Source of the DNA: an uncultured Planctomycetaceae bacterium
GTDB lineage: Bacteria > Planctomycetota > Planctomycetia > Planctomycetales > Planctomycetaceae
Assembly (NCBI GenBank): GCA_963844335.1
Contig: CAWJNW010000020.1
Span: 120,294-184,293 of the forward strand
DNA: 64,000 nt
Reading direction: 5' to 3'
Shown: in pieces, positions 12,419 through 22,682 of the stretch
How the letters are laid out: each line of letters begins with the position of its first letter
How positions within the stretch are numbered: position 1 is the first letter of the stretch
The notes under the pieces: model-generated
Seen by the model: only the letters and a program-made list of their open reading frames with translations
What the model was told of the DNA's origin: nothing
The model's database searches: none
Made by a program: the position numbers and the translations under genes

Positions 12419-12483
12419 GTTAGCCCGACGCGCCAGCAAGGGGCGCCGCCAGTCCGCGTCCCTTGCTGGCGCGTCGGGCTACC
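12419..12483. repeat. Palindromic intergenic element, family A.
   Basis: GTTAGCCCGACGCGCCAGCAAGGGG, a 15-nt spacer, then TCCCTTGCTGGCGCGTCGGGCTACC. It lies 7 nt 3' of the aminotransferase stop. It carries a C..G pair where copies 3255 and 8619 have T..A. Confidence 0.75.
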
Positions 12484-12543
12484 AGTGGGGCTTGCTCCCC
12501 TCACCTTTGCGTTCTCTGCGGCTTTGCGTGAGACTTTTCATCC

Positions 12544-13539
12544 ATGCTCCAGACATTCAACGAACGCAACCGCGATCTGCTGATCAACATCAATGGGAGA
12601 CTCGTCCACCGCGACGAAGCGGGGATCAGTCCGTTCGATTCTGCCGTGCAAGGTGGCGACGCCGTGTGGGAGGGGCTGCGGCTCTACAACGGAAAGATCT
12701 TCAAACTCGTCGAACATCTCGATCGGCTTCGCGACTCGGCCCTGGCACTCGCGTTCAAGACGATTCCGTCCCACGAATCGATCACCGAGGAAATCAGGAG
12801 GACTCTGGCAGCGAATACGATGTTCGACGGCGTTCATATCCGCCTGACGCTCACGCGAGGCGTGAAAATCACGAGCGGAATGGACCCGCGATTGAACACG
12901 GCGGGGCCGACTCTCATCGTTCTCGCGGAGTTCAAGCCGCCGGTCTATACGAAGGCGGGCATCACGCTCGCGACGAGCAGCGTGCGACGCTTTCCGCCAG
13001 ATTGCCTCGATCCCAAGATTCATCACTGCAATCTGATTCAATCAATTCTCGCGAAGATCGAAGCGACGGCTGCAGGGGCCGACGACGCGTTGATGCTCGA
13101 TCGTAACGGCTTTCTCGCCGAGACGAACGCGACGCACGTGTTTCTAGTGCGTCGCGGTGAAGTGCAAACGAGCCGGCTCGTCGCGTGTCCGGAAGGCATC
13201 ACGCGAGCGACGGTGCTCGATCTCTGTCGGTCGAACGAAATTCCATCTCGCGAATGCGACTTGACGCTGGCCGACGCCTATCGAGCGGACGAGATGTTCT
13301 GCACCGGCACGATGGGGGAACTCGTGCGGGTCACGCAACTCGACGGCCGGACGATCGGAAGCGATCACCACCCGAACTTCGATCGACTGAGCGAACTCTT
13401 CGCCGACCTGACCCGGCGGGAAGGCACGCCCGTGTGCGAGCCGTTAGAATCAAGCGACCGGCGGGAGGCAGGTCGGCCGAGCCGTCTGCGATTCGGCCAG
13501 AAGCGCATGCGGCTCAGCGGGCTCGCCCTGTCGCACTGA
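12544..13539 (+). CDS. Fold-type IV aminotransferase (branched-chain/D-amino-acid aminotransferase family).
   Basis: Intact 331-aa ORF with FDSAVQGGDAVWEGLRLYNGKIFKLVEHLDRL, IRLTLTRG, LDPKIHHCNLIQSILAKIEA, LMLDRNGFLAETNATHVFLV and EMFCTGTMGEL. It has roughly a 40-aa C-terminal tail beyond the domain. Confidence 0.8.
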   Translation: MLQTFNERNRDLLININGRLVHRDEAGISPFDSAVQGGDAVWEGLRLYNGKIFKLVEHLDRLRDSALALAFKTIPSHESITEEIRRTLAANTMFDGVHIRLTLTRGVKITSGMDPRLNTAGPTLIVLAEFKPPVYTKAGITLATSSVRRFPPDCLDPKIHHCNLIQSILAKIEATAAGADDALMLDRNGFLAETNATHVFLVRRGEVQTSRLVACPEGITRATVLDLCRSNEIPSRECDLTLADAYRADEMFCTGTMGELVRVTQLDGRTIGSDHHPNFDRLSELFADLTRREGTPVCEPLESSDRREAGRPSRLRFGQKRMRLSGLALSH

Positions 13540-13586
13540 AGTCATAAAATGGCCTTGACACATCGTCACTTGAAGGGAGTCGTTCG

Positions 13587-14259
13587 ATGATGATTCGTCC
13601 GTTGCTGTTGGGTTTCGCCTGCATTGCTCTCGGCGGGACAGCGTTTGCCCAGAACGACAAGGGCGATCCTCAATCGCCAGAATCCTATCGCGTGAAGCTC
13701 GACACGACCGCAGGTCCCGTCGTGATCGAGGTCAAGCGGGAACTCGCTCCCAAGGGGGCCGACCGGTTCTACCGACTGGTGAAGGAGGGTTTCTACGACG
13801 ACATCCGTGCCTTCCGCGTGCTCGATGGCTTCATGGCCCAAATGGGCATGGCTGGGAATCCGGAAACGAATGCGAAGTGGAGCGAGAACGACAATCGCTG
13901 ACGATCCTGTGAAGGCTTCCAATACGCGTGGCATGGTGACGTTCGCCACGAGCGGTCCCAATAGCCGCACGACACAGTTCTTCATCAACTTCGGCAACAA
14001 TGCTCCGCTCGATCGGCAACGGATTTGCTCCGTTCGGCCGCGTCGTGGAAGGCATGGAGAACGTCGAGAAGTTCTACAGCGGCTATGGCGAAGGCGCCCC
14101 TCAGGGTCGAGGACCGAGTCAGGGACAGATGAGTCGAGCGGCAACAAGTATCTCGATCAGCAGTTCCCAAAGCTGACGAAGATCAAGACGGCACGCGTCG
14201 TTGCCGAGAATGGTAAGCCCGTCGAAGGCGCCGGCAGCAAGGAGCCCGCCGCGAAGTAG
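13587..14259 (+). CDS. Secreted cyclophilin-type peptidyl-prolyl isomerase (paralog 1). 3 frameshifts as sequenced (about 13886, 14018, 14136).
   Basis: Sec signal MMIRPLLLGFACIALGGTAFAQ. GADRFYRLVKEGFYDDIRAFRVLDGFMAQMG (ORF 13587..), DDPVKASNTRGMVTFATSGPNSRTTQFFINF (ORF 13807..), GFAPFGRVVEGMENVEKFYSGYGEGAP (third frame), then GNKYLDQQFPKL back in the 13807 frame. Confidence 0.85.
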
Positions 14260-14301
14260 GCTGTTGTTTTTTCTCTCAGTCTTTGAAAATCCTCTCCCAT
14301 C

Positions 14302-15069
14302 ATGACCACACGCATTCTTCTTCCCGCGTGCCTGCTCGCGCTGTTCGCAGGGTGCAGCACGTCCGACGACGCGGGAACGGCTCCGTCGCCTCCCGAAGAG
14401 ATCGCTGACCCCACGACGCCCGATCGCTCGGGCCGCGATCCGAAGGCTCCTGATGAGTATCAGGTGCGGCTCGCGACGACCAAGGGCGATGTCGTGCTCG
14501 ACGTCGATCGAAGTCTCTCGCCGCATGGAGCCGACCGGTTCTATCGCCTCGTCAAAGAGGGCTTTTACAACGAGGCGAAGTTCTTCCGCGTGCTGCCCGG
14601 CTTCATGGCCCAGGTCGGCATGGCGGCCGATCCCAAGGTCAACGCGAAGTGGCAAGAAGCCACGATTCCCGACGATCCGGTGCGCGAATCGAACTCGCGG
14701 GGAATGGTCTCGTTTGCGACGAGCGGCCCCAACAGTCGCACATCGCAGTTCTTCATCAACTTCGCCGACAATGCGGGACCTCGACGGCATGGGGTTTTCG
14801 CCGTTCGCCCGCGTGACGGAAGGCATGGAGAACGTCGAGAAGCTCTACGCCGAATACGGCGAAGGTGCGCCCGAACGGGCCGGGACCGAGCCAGGCCATG
14901 ATCAAGGCTGAAGGGAACGCCTATCTCGAACGCGAGTTCCCGAAGCTCGATGCGATCAAAACGGCGACCGTCATCAGCGAGAACGGCGAGCCCGTCGGCG
15001 ACGAGAAGCAGCCCGAGGAAGAAGCCGCAACGCCGGAGACGCCTGAAGAACAAAGCGGCGCAGAAGTAG
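14302..15069 (+). CDS. Lipoprotein cyclophilin-type peptidyl-prolyl isomerase (paralog 2). 3-4 frameshifts as sequenced (about 14778, about 14872, possibly about 15052).
   Basis: Lipobox LLALFAGCS. GADRFYRLVKEGFYNEAKFFRVLPGFMAQVG, DDPVRESNSRGMVSFATSGPNSRTSQFFINF, LDGMGFSPFARVTEGMENVEKLYAEYGEGAP and NGPGPSQAMIKAEGNAYLEREFPKLD sit in three frames. By analogy with paralog 1 (..AAK*), the likely end is ..AAQK* at TAG 15067-15069. As sequenced, the frame runs to 15116. Confidence 0.75.
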
Positions 15070-15101
15070 CTTCGTATTGGTGCGTCCATCCGAAAACGTG
15101 G

Positions 15102-15193
15102 GGTAGCACGCCCTGACGCTAGGAAGGGCGTGGCAAGGGGCGTGCGGCGTTCCATGCGCGCCACGCCCATCCCTTCGGTCTGGGCGTGCCACC
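15102..15193. repeat. Imperfect palindromic intergenic element, family C.
   Basis: GGTAGCACGCCCTGACGCTAGGAAGGGCGTGGC ... GCCACGCCCATCCCTTCGGTCTGGGCGTGCCACC. The outer (GGTRGCACGCCC) and inner (GGGCGTGGC) blocks are complementary. It lies 24 nt from a family-B copy. Confidence 0.6.
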
Positions 15194-15217
15194 CACCAAA
15201 TTGGACTAGATCGACTA

Positions 15218-15302
15218 GTAGGGTGGGCCTTGGTCCACCGCCGAGGTCTGATACGCGAACGATAGCAGAACGACTGCGATGGTGGGGCAAGCCCCACCCT
15301 AC
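15218..15302. repeat. Nested-palindrome intergenic element, family B.
   Basis: GTAGGGTGGGCCTTGGTCCACCGCC ... GGTGGGGCAAGCCCCACCCTAC. The architecture matches 3682-3766. The right-arm mini-palindrome is changed on both halves together (GGTGGGGC aa GCCCCACC). Confidence 0.75.
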
Positions 15303-15305
15303 TTC

Positions 15306-15748
15306 TCACACATCCCGCGTCTGCAGGAACAACGCCTTCTTCTCACCGGGAAGTGTGAAGTCGAAGCCGCAGGCGCGAAGAACTCTTCGCTGGAGGTGAT
15401 CGCCATCACCTCCAGCACGTTCTTTTCGCGGGCGCGTTCGATGCAGCATTCGACGAGCCGGCGGCCGAGTCCCAGGCCGCGATATCCGTCGGCGACGGCG
15501 AGACTGCGAAGTTCGGCGAGCTTCTTCGAGTAGATCTCGAGCGCCGCGAAGCCGACGATTCGGCCATTGTCTTCCGCCACGAAGCCGTCGGTGACGAGCA
15601 CGTCGAGCTCTTCCATCGTGCGTTCCAGCAGCCGCCCCACTGCCACGTACGGACGGATGAACGCGTGGATCTTCGGCACGTCGTCCTTCTGCGCAGGACG
15701 GATGATCGGCGGATCAGAAACGGAGTCAGAATTGCTGCCAGCGGTCAT
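15306..15748 (-). CDS. GNAT-family acetyltransferase (N-acetylglutamate-synthase-like). One frameshift near the 3' end as sequenced, near 15375.
   Basis: IRPAQKDDVPKIHAFIRPYV ... FVAEDNGRIVGFAALEIY ... LAVADGYRGLGLGRRLVECCIERAREKNVLEVMAITSSEEFF. A 1-nt shift gives the usual ending RACGFDFTLPGEKKALFLQTRDV* (TGA 15306-15308), instead of the ORF-track tail ending at 15299. Confidence 0.7.
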
Positions 15749-15767
15749 CGCCGAAGTGTATCAGAAT

Positions 15768-15797
15768 GAAGCCGACTGGTTGCAACGGGTCGGCTTC
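15768..15797 (-). terminator. Hairpin 3' of the aldo/keto reductase gene.
   Basis: GAAGCCGAC (15768-15776) and GTCGGCTTC (15789-15797), a 9-bp stem with a 12-nt loop, 11 nt after the stop. The trailing tract on the minus strand is only weakly U-rich (AUUCUGAU). Confidence 0.45.
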
Positions 15798-15807
15798 GTG
15801 GGAAGCC

Positions 15808-16599
15808 TCACGCCGCAGCCGTCAGCGTCGTTTCGGCGATCGAGATGTTCTCGCGGATGTGATCGAGGTTCAGCCCGCCGATCACGAGGCTGGCGACATC
15901 TGAGTTGGACAAGACGAAACGAATGCCCGGGCCGGGCGGCAAGTGACCCGCAGCGAGACCTTTCTTCACGAGCACGCCCACGCCTGCGGCCGCAGCTTCG
16001 GCGATCACGACTTCTTCGCTCCGATTGCCGGCGTGATACTCGACCATGATCACGTCGGCCCAGTCGAGAGCTGCGGAATGACCGGCTGCGGTCTTGCCCG
16101 ACATTCCGATGCAGCGGACGAGGCCGTCTTCCTTGAGCCGCATGAGCGACGAAACAGCGTCGGTCTGGTTGAGAATGAACAGGTCCCGACCGTCGGAATG
16201 GAGCAACAAGATGTCGATCGCCTCGGTCCGCAATCGCGACAGGCTGCGTTCGACACTGGTGCGGATTGTCTGTTCCGAAAAGTCGTACGTCGAGATCGGG
16301 CGGCCGGTCTCGTCGTCGATGCGAAACGTTTCACCGACTTTCGTACACAGCACGAACTCGTCGCGTCGCTGCGCGATTGCGCGGCCGATGCGTTCCTCGC
16401 TCAGCCCGTACGCGGGGGCGGTATCGATCAGATTGATGCCGCAATCCAGCACGCCGTTGAGCAACCGATCGACGGCACCATCGCTCGGCAGGTCATAGCC
16501 GCTGGGATACTTCACGTTTTGGTTGCGGCCGATCTTGAAGGCGCCGAAACCGATCGGGCTGACGTCGAGGCCGGTTCGGCCCAAAGATCGAGAGGTCAT
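15808..16599 (-). CDS. Aldo/keto reductase.
   Basis: MTSRSLGRTGLDVSPIGFGAFKIG ... INLIDTAPAYGLSEERIGRAI ... VLCTKVG ... IDILLLHS ... IGMSGKT. I take the start at ATG 16599. Confidence 0.85.
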   Translation of the reverse strand: MTSRSLGRTGLDVSPIGFGAFKIGRNQNVKYPSGYDLPSDGAVDRLLNGVLDCGINLIDTAPAYGLSEERIGRAIAQRRDEFVLCTKVGETFRIDDETGRPISTYDFSEQTIRTSVERSLSRLRTEAIDILLLHSDGRDLFILNQTDAVSSLMRLKEDGLVRCIGMSGKTAAGHSAALDWADVIMVEYHAGNRSEEVVIAEAAAAGVGVLVKKGLAAGHLPPGPGIRFVLSNSDVASLVIGGLNLDHIRENISIAETTLTAAA

Positions 16600-16658
16600 G
16601 GCGGCACGCGGGGCGGCAAAGGGAAGTGTGTCGAGCATTTGGGATTGGTATGTGGTCG

Positions 16659-16736
16659 TCTGGTGGCTGGTCGTCAGGTGGCTGGTGTGTCTGGTGGCTT
16701 CGTAAGTCAGGTGGCTTCAAGCATCAAACCACCAGA
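16659..16736. promoter_or_regulatory. Array of four direct 10-bp repeats TCWGGTGGCT plus one inverted copy, upstream of the aldo/keto reductase gene. Candidate operator/iteron-like site.
   Basis: TCTGGTGGCT 16659, TCAGGTGGCT 16674, TCTGGTGGCT 16690, TCAGGTGGCT 16707 (spacings 15, 16 and 17 nt), then ACCACCAGA at 16728-16736 in the opposite orientation. The array is intergenic (16600-16768). Confidence 0.45.
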
Positions 16737-16768
16737 CACATAGGCGCCAGGCACCCGTTCCTTTTCTC

Positions 16769-17980
16769 TTACGCGGCGGCTGGCACGTTGTTTCGCCACC
16801 AGGTCGCCGTTTCCCAGGGAGACGAGGCGACTTGCGGCTTCGTCCACTCCCGAACGGCGTCTCCCGGGAACAGGACCGACTCGTCGGACGGCTCGACCTG
16901 GCAGGCCACCGCACGTGCGAGCTCGGGTGCGAGCGCGAGTTTCGTCGGCCAGCACGTCAGAACGTTGCCTTCGCGTGAGATCTGGATGTCGTCTGGCCGC
17001 TTGTTGCCTGCGGTGGCACCTTCTGCCCGATCGACGCGATAGGTGGCCCAGGCGGTGTTCTGCAAACGAAGCGACGGCAGGACGGCCTGCGTTTCGGCCT
17101 GTGCGTGACGAATGAGTTCTGTTGGCTCCAACTCCACGCCGTCTTCAGCGATCTGTCCGCCGATCTGCCACACGACCTGGCCGTCGGCGAGCCGTTCGCT
17201 CGTGATCGTGACGCGGGTTTTCGCTCCGTCCACACAGTGGCCATTCAGCATCGGCAAATCGCCGCGCGCCATCGCCATGTGGAGCGGACGGCGTTGCATC
17301 TGCGGCTTGTCGCGGCCGAGACGCCGCAAGAGATCGGCGTTGCCGGCTCCGGCAGCGAGGACCACCAGGCGTGGCCGCAGCGAGAGGGCGTGCGGACCCG
17401 ACGCGAGACGAACTTCCGCGACGGTGCCGGAGTTCGCGACGCTGAACTCGACGCCGTCGGCATCGACCTTCAGCAGGCGATTCAGGTTCCGTTTGCGCAA
17501 GAACTTCGACGAAGCTGGCGGGGCTGATTACCGGCTCGGCCAGCGTGGCGACGGTGCCGGGCAGCCTGCAAAGAAGTCGGGTCGCTCTTCCGCTGGGAGG
17601 ACATCGGGCGTGACCTGCAATCCAAAGCTCGCACCCAGCATGCCGATGCGGCTCGATAGGGTCTCTGTCCGCCAGAGATAACAGAACTCCGATCGCAGCT
17701 TCACGCCGGCAAGGTTCGGGACTTGCTCGCCGGCAAGACACTCCCTCCAGACGCTCGGCATCTCGCGGATGCTCGTGGCACTGCGCGTCAGCAGCCCTTG
17801 CAGAGTGTACTTCAGGCCGCCGTGAATGATGCCCTGCGAGGCGACAGTCTGACCTGCGCCGAGAGCATTCGCCTCAACCAGCAGGACGCGAGCCCCGCGG
17901 GCGGCGAGCACGTCGAGCGTCCAAAGACCGGCCGCTCCGCCGCCAAATACCAGAACATCTAACGCCACCGAAGCAGCCAT
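16769..17980 (-). CDS. FAD-dependent oxidoreductase (DAO/GlpD-like family). 2 frameshifts as sequenced (about 17565 and about 17505).
   Basis: MAASVALDVLVFGGGAAGLWTLDVLAARGARVLLVE ... GQTVASQGIIHGGLKY (ORF 17528..18064); LPGTVATLAEPVISPASFVEVL (frame of ORF 17145..17741); NLNRLLKVDADGVEF ... VVLAAGAGN ... (ORF 16769..17500). Confidence 0.75.
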
Positions 17981-18355
17981 ACGGGCCTCCTGCCCGAGAT
18001 GGCCGGCACACCGAAGCCACGCCTTCGCCGCCAGCCGCCCCCTTACGAATCCTTCACACTCCAAACCGTTCTAGCAGGGGGGAAGCGATCATGAAAGACG
18101 TTCCTTCGCATAAAATTGAGGCAATATCGCTCGGCACCGCTGTGGCCACGCGTGCACGGGTAGAAATCGGCCGGGTTGCTTCCATCGGACGGCTCGGTCG
18201 GGGAAGTTCCCGGCCCAGCCCCCGGCCATGCCGGTGACAACGGTCGGTGCCTCGGATAAGCTGCCCAGACTTCCCGCCCGACATAATGGGAAGCTGCCTT
18301 GGATGTGTGCAGCTTGACCCATTCCCGCCTTGATTTCTCCCGGTCTCTTGCAGCC

Positions 18356-19998
18356 ATGGTCACCGCCACTCGTGGCAAGGCCCAACGCACGGCCACCACT
18401 TTCGATAGCAGCGGACCACAATGGGTCGTAGTGGAGCTTGCCCCGTCGGCAGCCGATGCCCCGATCGGGCATGATATCGCAGAGCTCAAAAGTCTCGATC
18501 AGGATCATCTGGGCCGAGCATTCGAAGAGGTCGCTTTAAGACTGACCGGCCGACCCGCAGTCGTGAGTGATGGTGGCGTCGTGAGTTACGGTGATTTGCT
18601 CTCCGCAGCCCACGCCGTTCGACAGGTACTGCAGACGGAACTGCAAATCTCCCAGGGCGACCGCGTCGTCATCCTGCTACCGAACAGTCCCGAATACGTC
18701 GCTTCGTTCTATGGAGCATTGTTGGCGGGTGCCGTCGTCGTGCCCCTGCCTCCCGATGCGGAATCAAGCCACCTGTCTCATGCGATCTCCGCGACCGATG
18801 CCAGCGTCGTTCTTTCGTCGATGAAGGTCCTTCGACGTCGCAAGCCGGAACTGGCTGCGGAGCCGATCACGCTGTCGCTGCGAGAGTTCCCCGCGAGCGA
18901 GGTCGGTCACAGCGACGTATTGGATGATGGCGATTCTCCCGCCGCCGTGTTCTTCACGTCGGGCTCATCGGGAGAGCCGAAAGGGGTGACACTTAGCCAT
19001 CGGAACCTGCTATCGAATGCCGCTTCGATCATCGAGTACTTCGGAATCACATCAGACGAGCGGGCATCGGTCTGCTGCCGTTCTATCACGCGTTCGGCAA
19101 TTCGGTTCTGCAGACGCACATGTTGAGCGGCGCGTCTATCGTGCTCGCGGGCTCGTCGATGTTCCCGGAAACAATCATCGACGCCGTGGAAACGTACAAC
19201 GTGACGAGTCTGTCGGGCGTGCCTGACCTGTTCCAAACGCTGTTGTCCCGCACGTCGCTCGCACAGCGCGAGTTGCCGTCGCTGAAATACCTTGCGGTCG
19301 CCGGGGGGCGGCTCGATCCCGATCAGGCGCAGACCCTGGCGTTTCGAGTTGCTCCGGCGAAGCTGATCATCATGTATGGTCAGACGGAGGCGACCGCCCG
19401 CCTGTCGTATCTTCCCGCCGAGGACTTCGAGTTACGGTATGGCTCGATCGGCAGAGGCATTCCGGGTGTCGAACTGCAGGTTGTCGATGAACAGGGAAAG
19501 CCAGTCGCGCACGGCGTGACAGGTGAGATTCGTGCTCGCGGTCCGAACGTCATGCTCGGCTATTGGAATGATCGTGCGGCGACGAACCAAACGATCCGCA
19601 ATGGTTGGCTCTACACCGGCGATCTGGCAACCGTCGATGACGACGGCTTTATCTATCCCCAAGGTCGCAAGAGCGGCCTTGTGAAAGTCGCCGGGTTTCG
19701 CGTTCATCCGGGAGAGATCGAAGATTTCGTGCGCCGCGAAGCGGACGTGTTAGAAGCTGTGGTCGTCCCGTTCGAGGTCGAATCTCTCGGAACCCGCCTC
19801 GCACTGTTTGCCCGTCCGTGGGAGGGAAATGATGTCGTGACGGCCGATTCGCTGCGCAGCCTGTGCGCGAATCGCCTGCCTCGACATCGAGTTCCCGCTC
19901 ACATCGAGGTCCTACAGACGCTGCCGCTCAACGACAGCTTCAAAGTCGATCGACGAGCTCTCCGACGCCGCGCTGAATCGATCGCACACGTGAGGTGA
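18356..19998 (+). CDS. AMP-dependent synthetase/ligase (ANL superfamily adenylating enzyme). One frameshift as sequenced, near 19062.
   Basis: FFTSGSSGEPKGVTLSHRNL (AMP-binding P-loop) in ORF 18299..19126. The protein continues as GIGLLPFYHAFGNSVLQTHMLSGASIVL ... MYGQTEAT ... GWLYTGDLATVDDDGFIYPQGRKSGLVKVAGFRVHPGEIE in ORF 19120..19998. Confidence 0.85.
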
Positions 19999-20000
19999 TT

Positions 20001-20252
20001 ATGATGACGACGCGCGACCAGATTTGCGACGACCTCGTTCGCTTCGTCGGTAGCCGCGTGTCCGACGACGAGCCCGTCACCGCAGACACCGACTTGCTCG
20101 AGGCGGAACTCCTTGATTCGTTGCTGATCATGGATCTCGTCGCTCACGTGGAAAAGGCCTTCGGCGTCAAGCTCGATAACAGCGACATCGCTCCACGTCA
20201 TTTCCGCACCGCTGGTTCATTGGCCAATCTGGTCGTGGAGCGGCGATCGTGA
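20001..20252 (+). CDS. Acyl/peptidyl carrier protein.
   Basis: About 83 aa with DTDLLEAELLDSLLIMDLVAHVEKAFG, a DSL phosphopantetheine-serine motif at the start of helix 2. A GAGGTGA Shine-Dalgarno sequence precedes ATG 20001, and GTG 19995 overlaps the ligase stop. Confidence 0.8.
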   Translation: MMTTRDQICDDLVRFVGSRVSDDEPVTADTDLLEAELLDSLLIMDLVAHVEKAFGVKLDNSDIAPRHFRTAGSLANLVVERRS

Positions 20253-21214
20253 GCGAGCTCGCAGCCGCCGGACGGATCCTCCGCAACACGACGGACGCCC
20301 CGGCGATCGACCGCCACAACGATGGCGTGTCGGCTCCCGCCGACGCGACTCGTCATGCACCGGTTCACAACGGACGGCAGCGGTTAAACGGGAAGCCGCA
20401 CAGCTATCCGCCGCTTGTCGCCGAGCCACAGCCGCTCGAAGAGATGCCGCTGTGGAATTACTATTACCTCAATCTCTGCCGCCCCCAGCGCGATCCGACG
20501 ATCGTGTGGGGAACGGAAGTCGATTGCAGCGGATTGCAGTCGTTTCTGAAGGATCTGAACTCTCACAGTTCGACGCTTGTCACGCCGGCGCACGTGCTGG
20601 TTGCGGCGACGGGCCGCGCCTTGAGACAGCATCCACACTTCAATCGTCGTATCCTGAAGCGGCGAATCTGGAGCTACAAAGACGTCAACATCGTGATGCC
20701 GTTCCGGCCGAAGTCGGGCCTGGACGTGATGTTCTTCGCGCACGTCGATCGAAAGTCGATTGCAGACATCGCCACCGAATCGTGGCGGAACGCTCACGGC
20801 GCCGCGGGTGCTGAAGAAGGCGTGCCCCACCCGATCTACATGCGCTTCCCGCGCCGACTGCAAGGTCTGCTGCAACCGTTTCACGTCTGGCTCGTGAATC
20901 GGGTGAACCTGAATGCTCGCAATTCGAACAACCGTCAGCGGGCGGCCTCGACGATGGTCAACTACTTCGGCCATCGGGGCATGGCTCCGCTCCGCAGCTT
21001 CAAGCCGAGCCGGCTGCCTTACGAAAGCATCTCGCTGACGGTGACGATGGGAGCGATCGAACAGCGGCCGATCGCCGTGCGAGGTGAAGTCGTCATTCGC
21101 CCGATCGCGCCGATCTACGTCCGCGCCGACCATCGCATCGTCGATGCACACCAAATCGGCGCCTTCGCCGAAACGCTGCGGCAGTTGCTGGGCGATCCGA
21201 CGAAGCTCGATTGA
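20249..21214 (+). CDS. 2-oxoacid dehydrogenase E2-type (CAT-fold) acyltransferase domain protein.
   Basis: C-terminal PIYVRADHRIVDAHQIGAFAETLRQLL matches the E2/CAT catalytic DHRxxDG-type box. The GTG start overlaps the ACP stop (GTGA). There is no lipoyl domain. The N-terminal 60 aa or so are low complexity. Confidence 0.65.
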   Translation: MSELAAAGRILRNTTDAPAIDRHNDGVSAPADATRHAPVHNGRQRLNGKPHSYPPLVAEPQPLEEMPLWNYYYLNLCRPQRDPTIVWGTEVDCSGLQSFLKDLNSHSSTLVTPAHVLVAATGRALRQHPHFNRRILKRRIWSYKDVNIVMPFRPKSGLDVMFFAHVDRKSIADIATESWRNAHGAAGAEEGVPHPIYMRFPRRLQGLLQPFHVWLVNRVNLNARNSNNRQRAASTMVNYFGHRGMAPLRSFKPSRLPYESISLTVTMGAIEQRPIAVRGEVVIRPIAPIYVRADHRIVDAHQIGAFAETLRQLLGDPTKLD

Positions 21215-22641
<1,427 letters not shown>

Positions 22642-22642
22642 T

Positions 22643-22677
22643 GAAGCCGAGCGGTTGCAACCGCTCGGCTTCTTTTT
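22643..22677 (+). terminator. Rho-independent terminator after eno.
   Basis: GAAGCCGAGCGG ttgcaa CCGCTCGGCTTC followed by TTTTT (22673-22677). Confidence 0.7.
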
Positions 22678-22682
22678 GCGCC

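Noticed and set aside
16659-16736. Possibility that the TCWGGTGGCT array is a tiny CRISPR or a coding repeat.
   Set aside because: The units are 10 bp with spacers of 5-7 bp, far too short for CRISPR. There are no cas genes and no sensible ORF across it.
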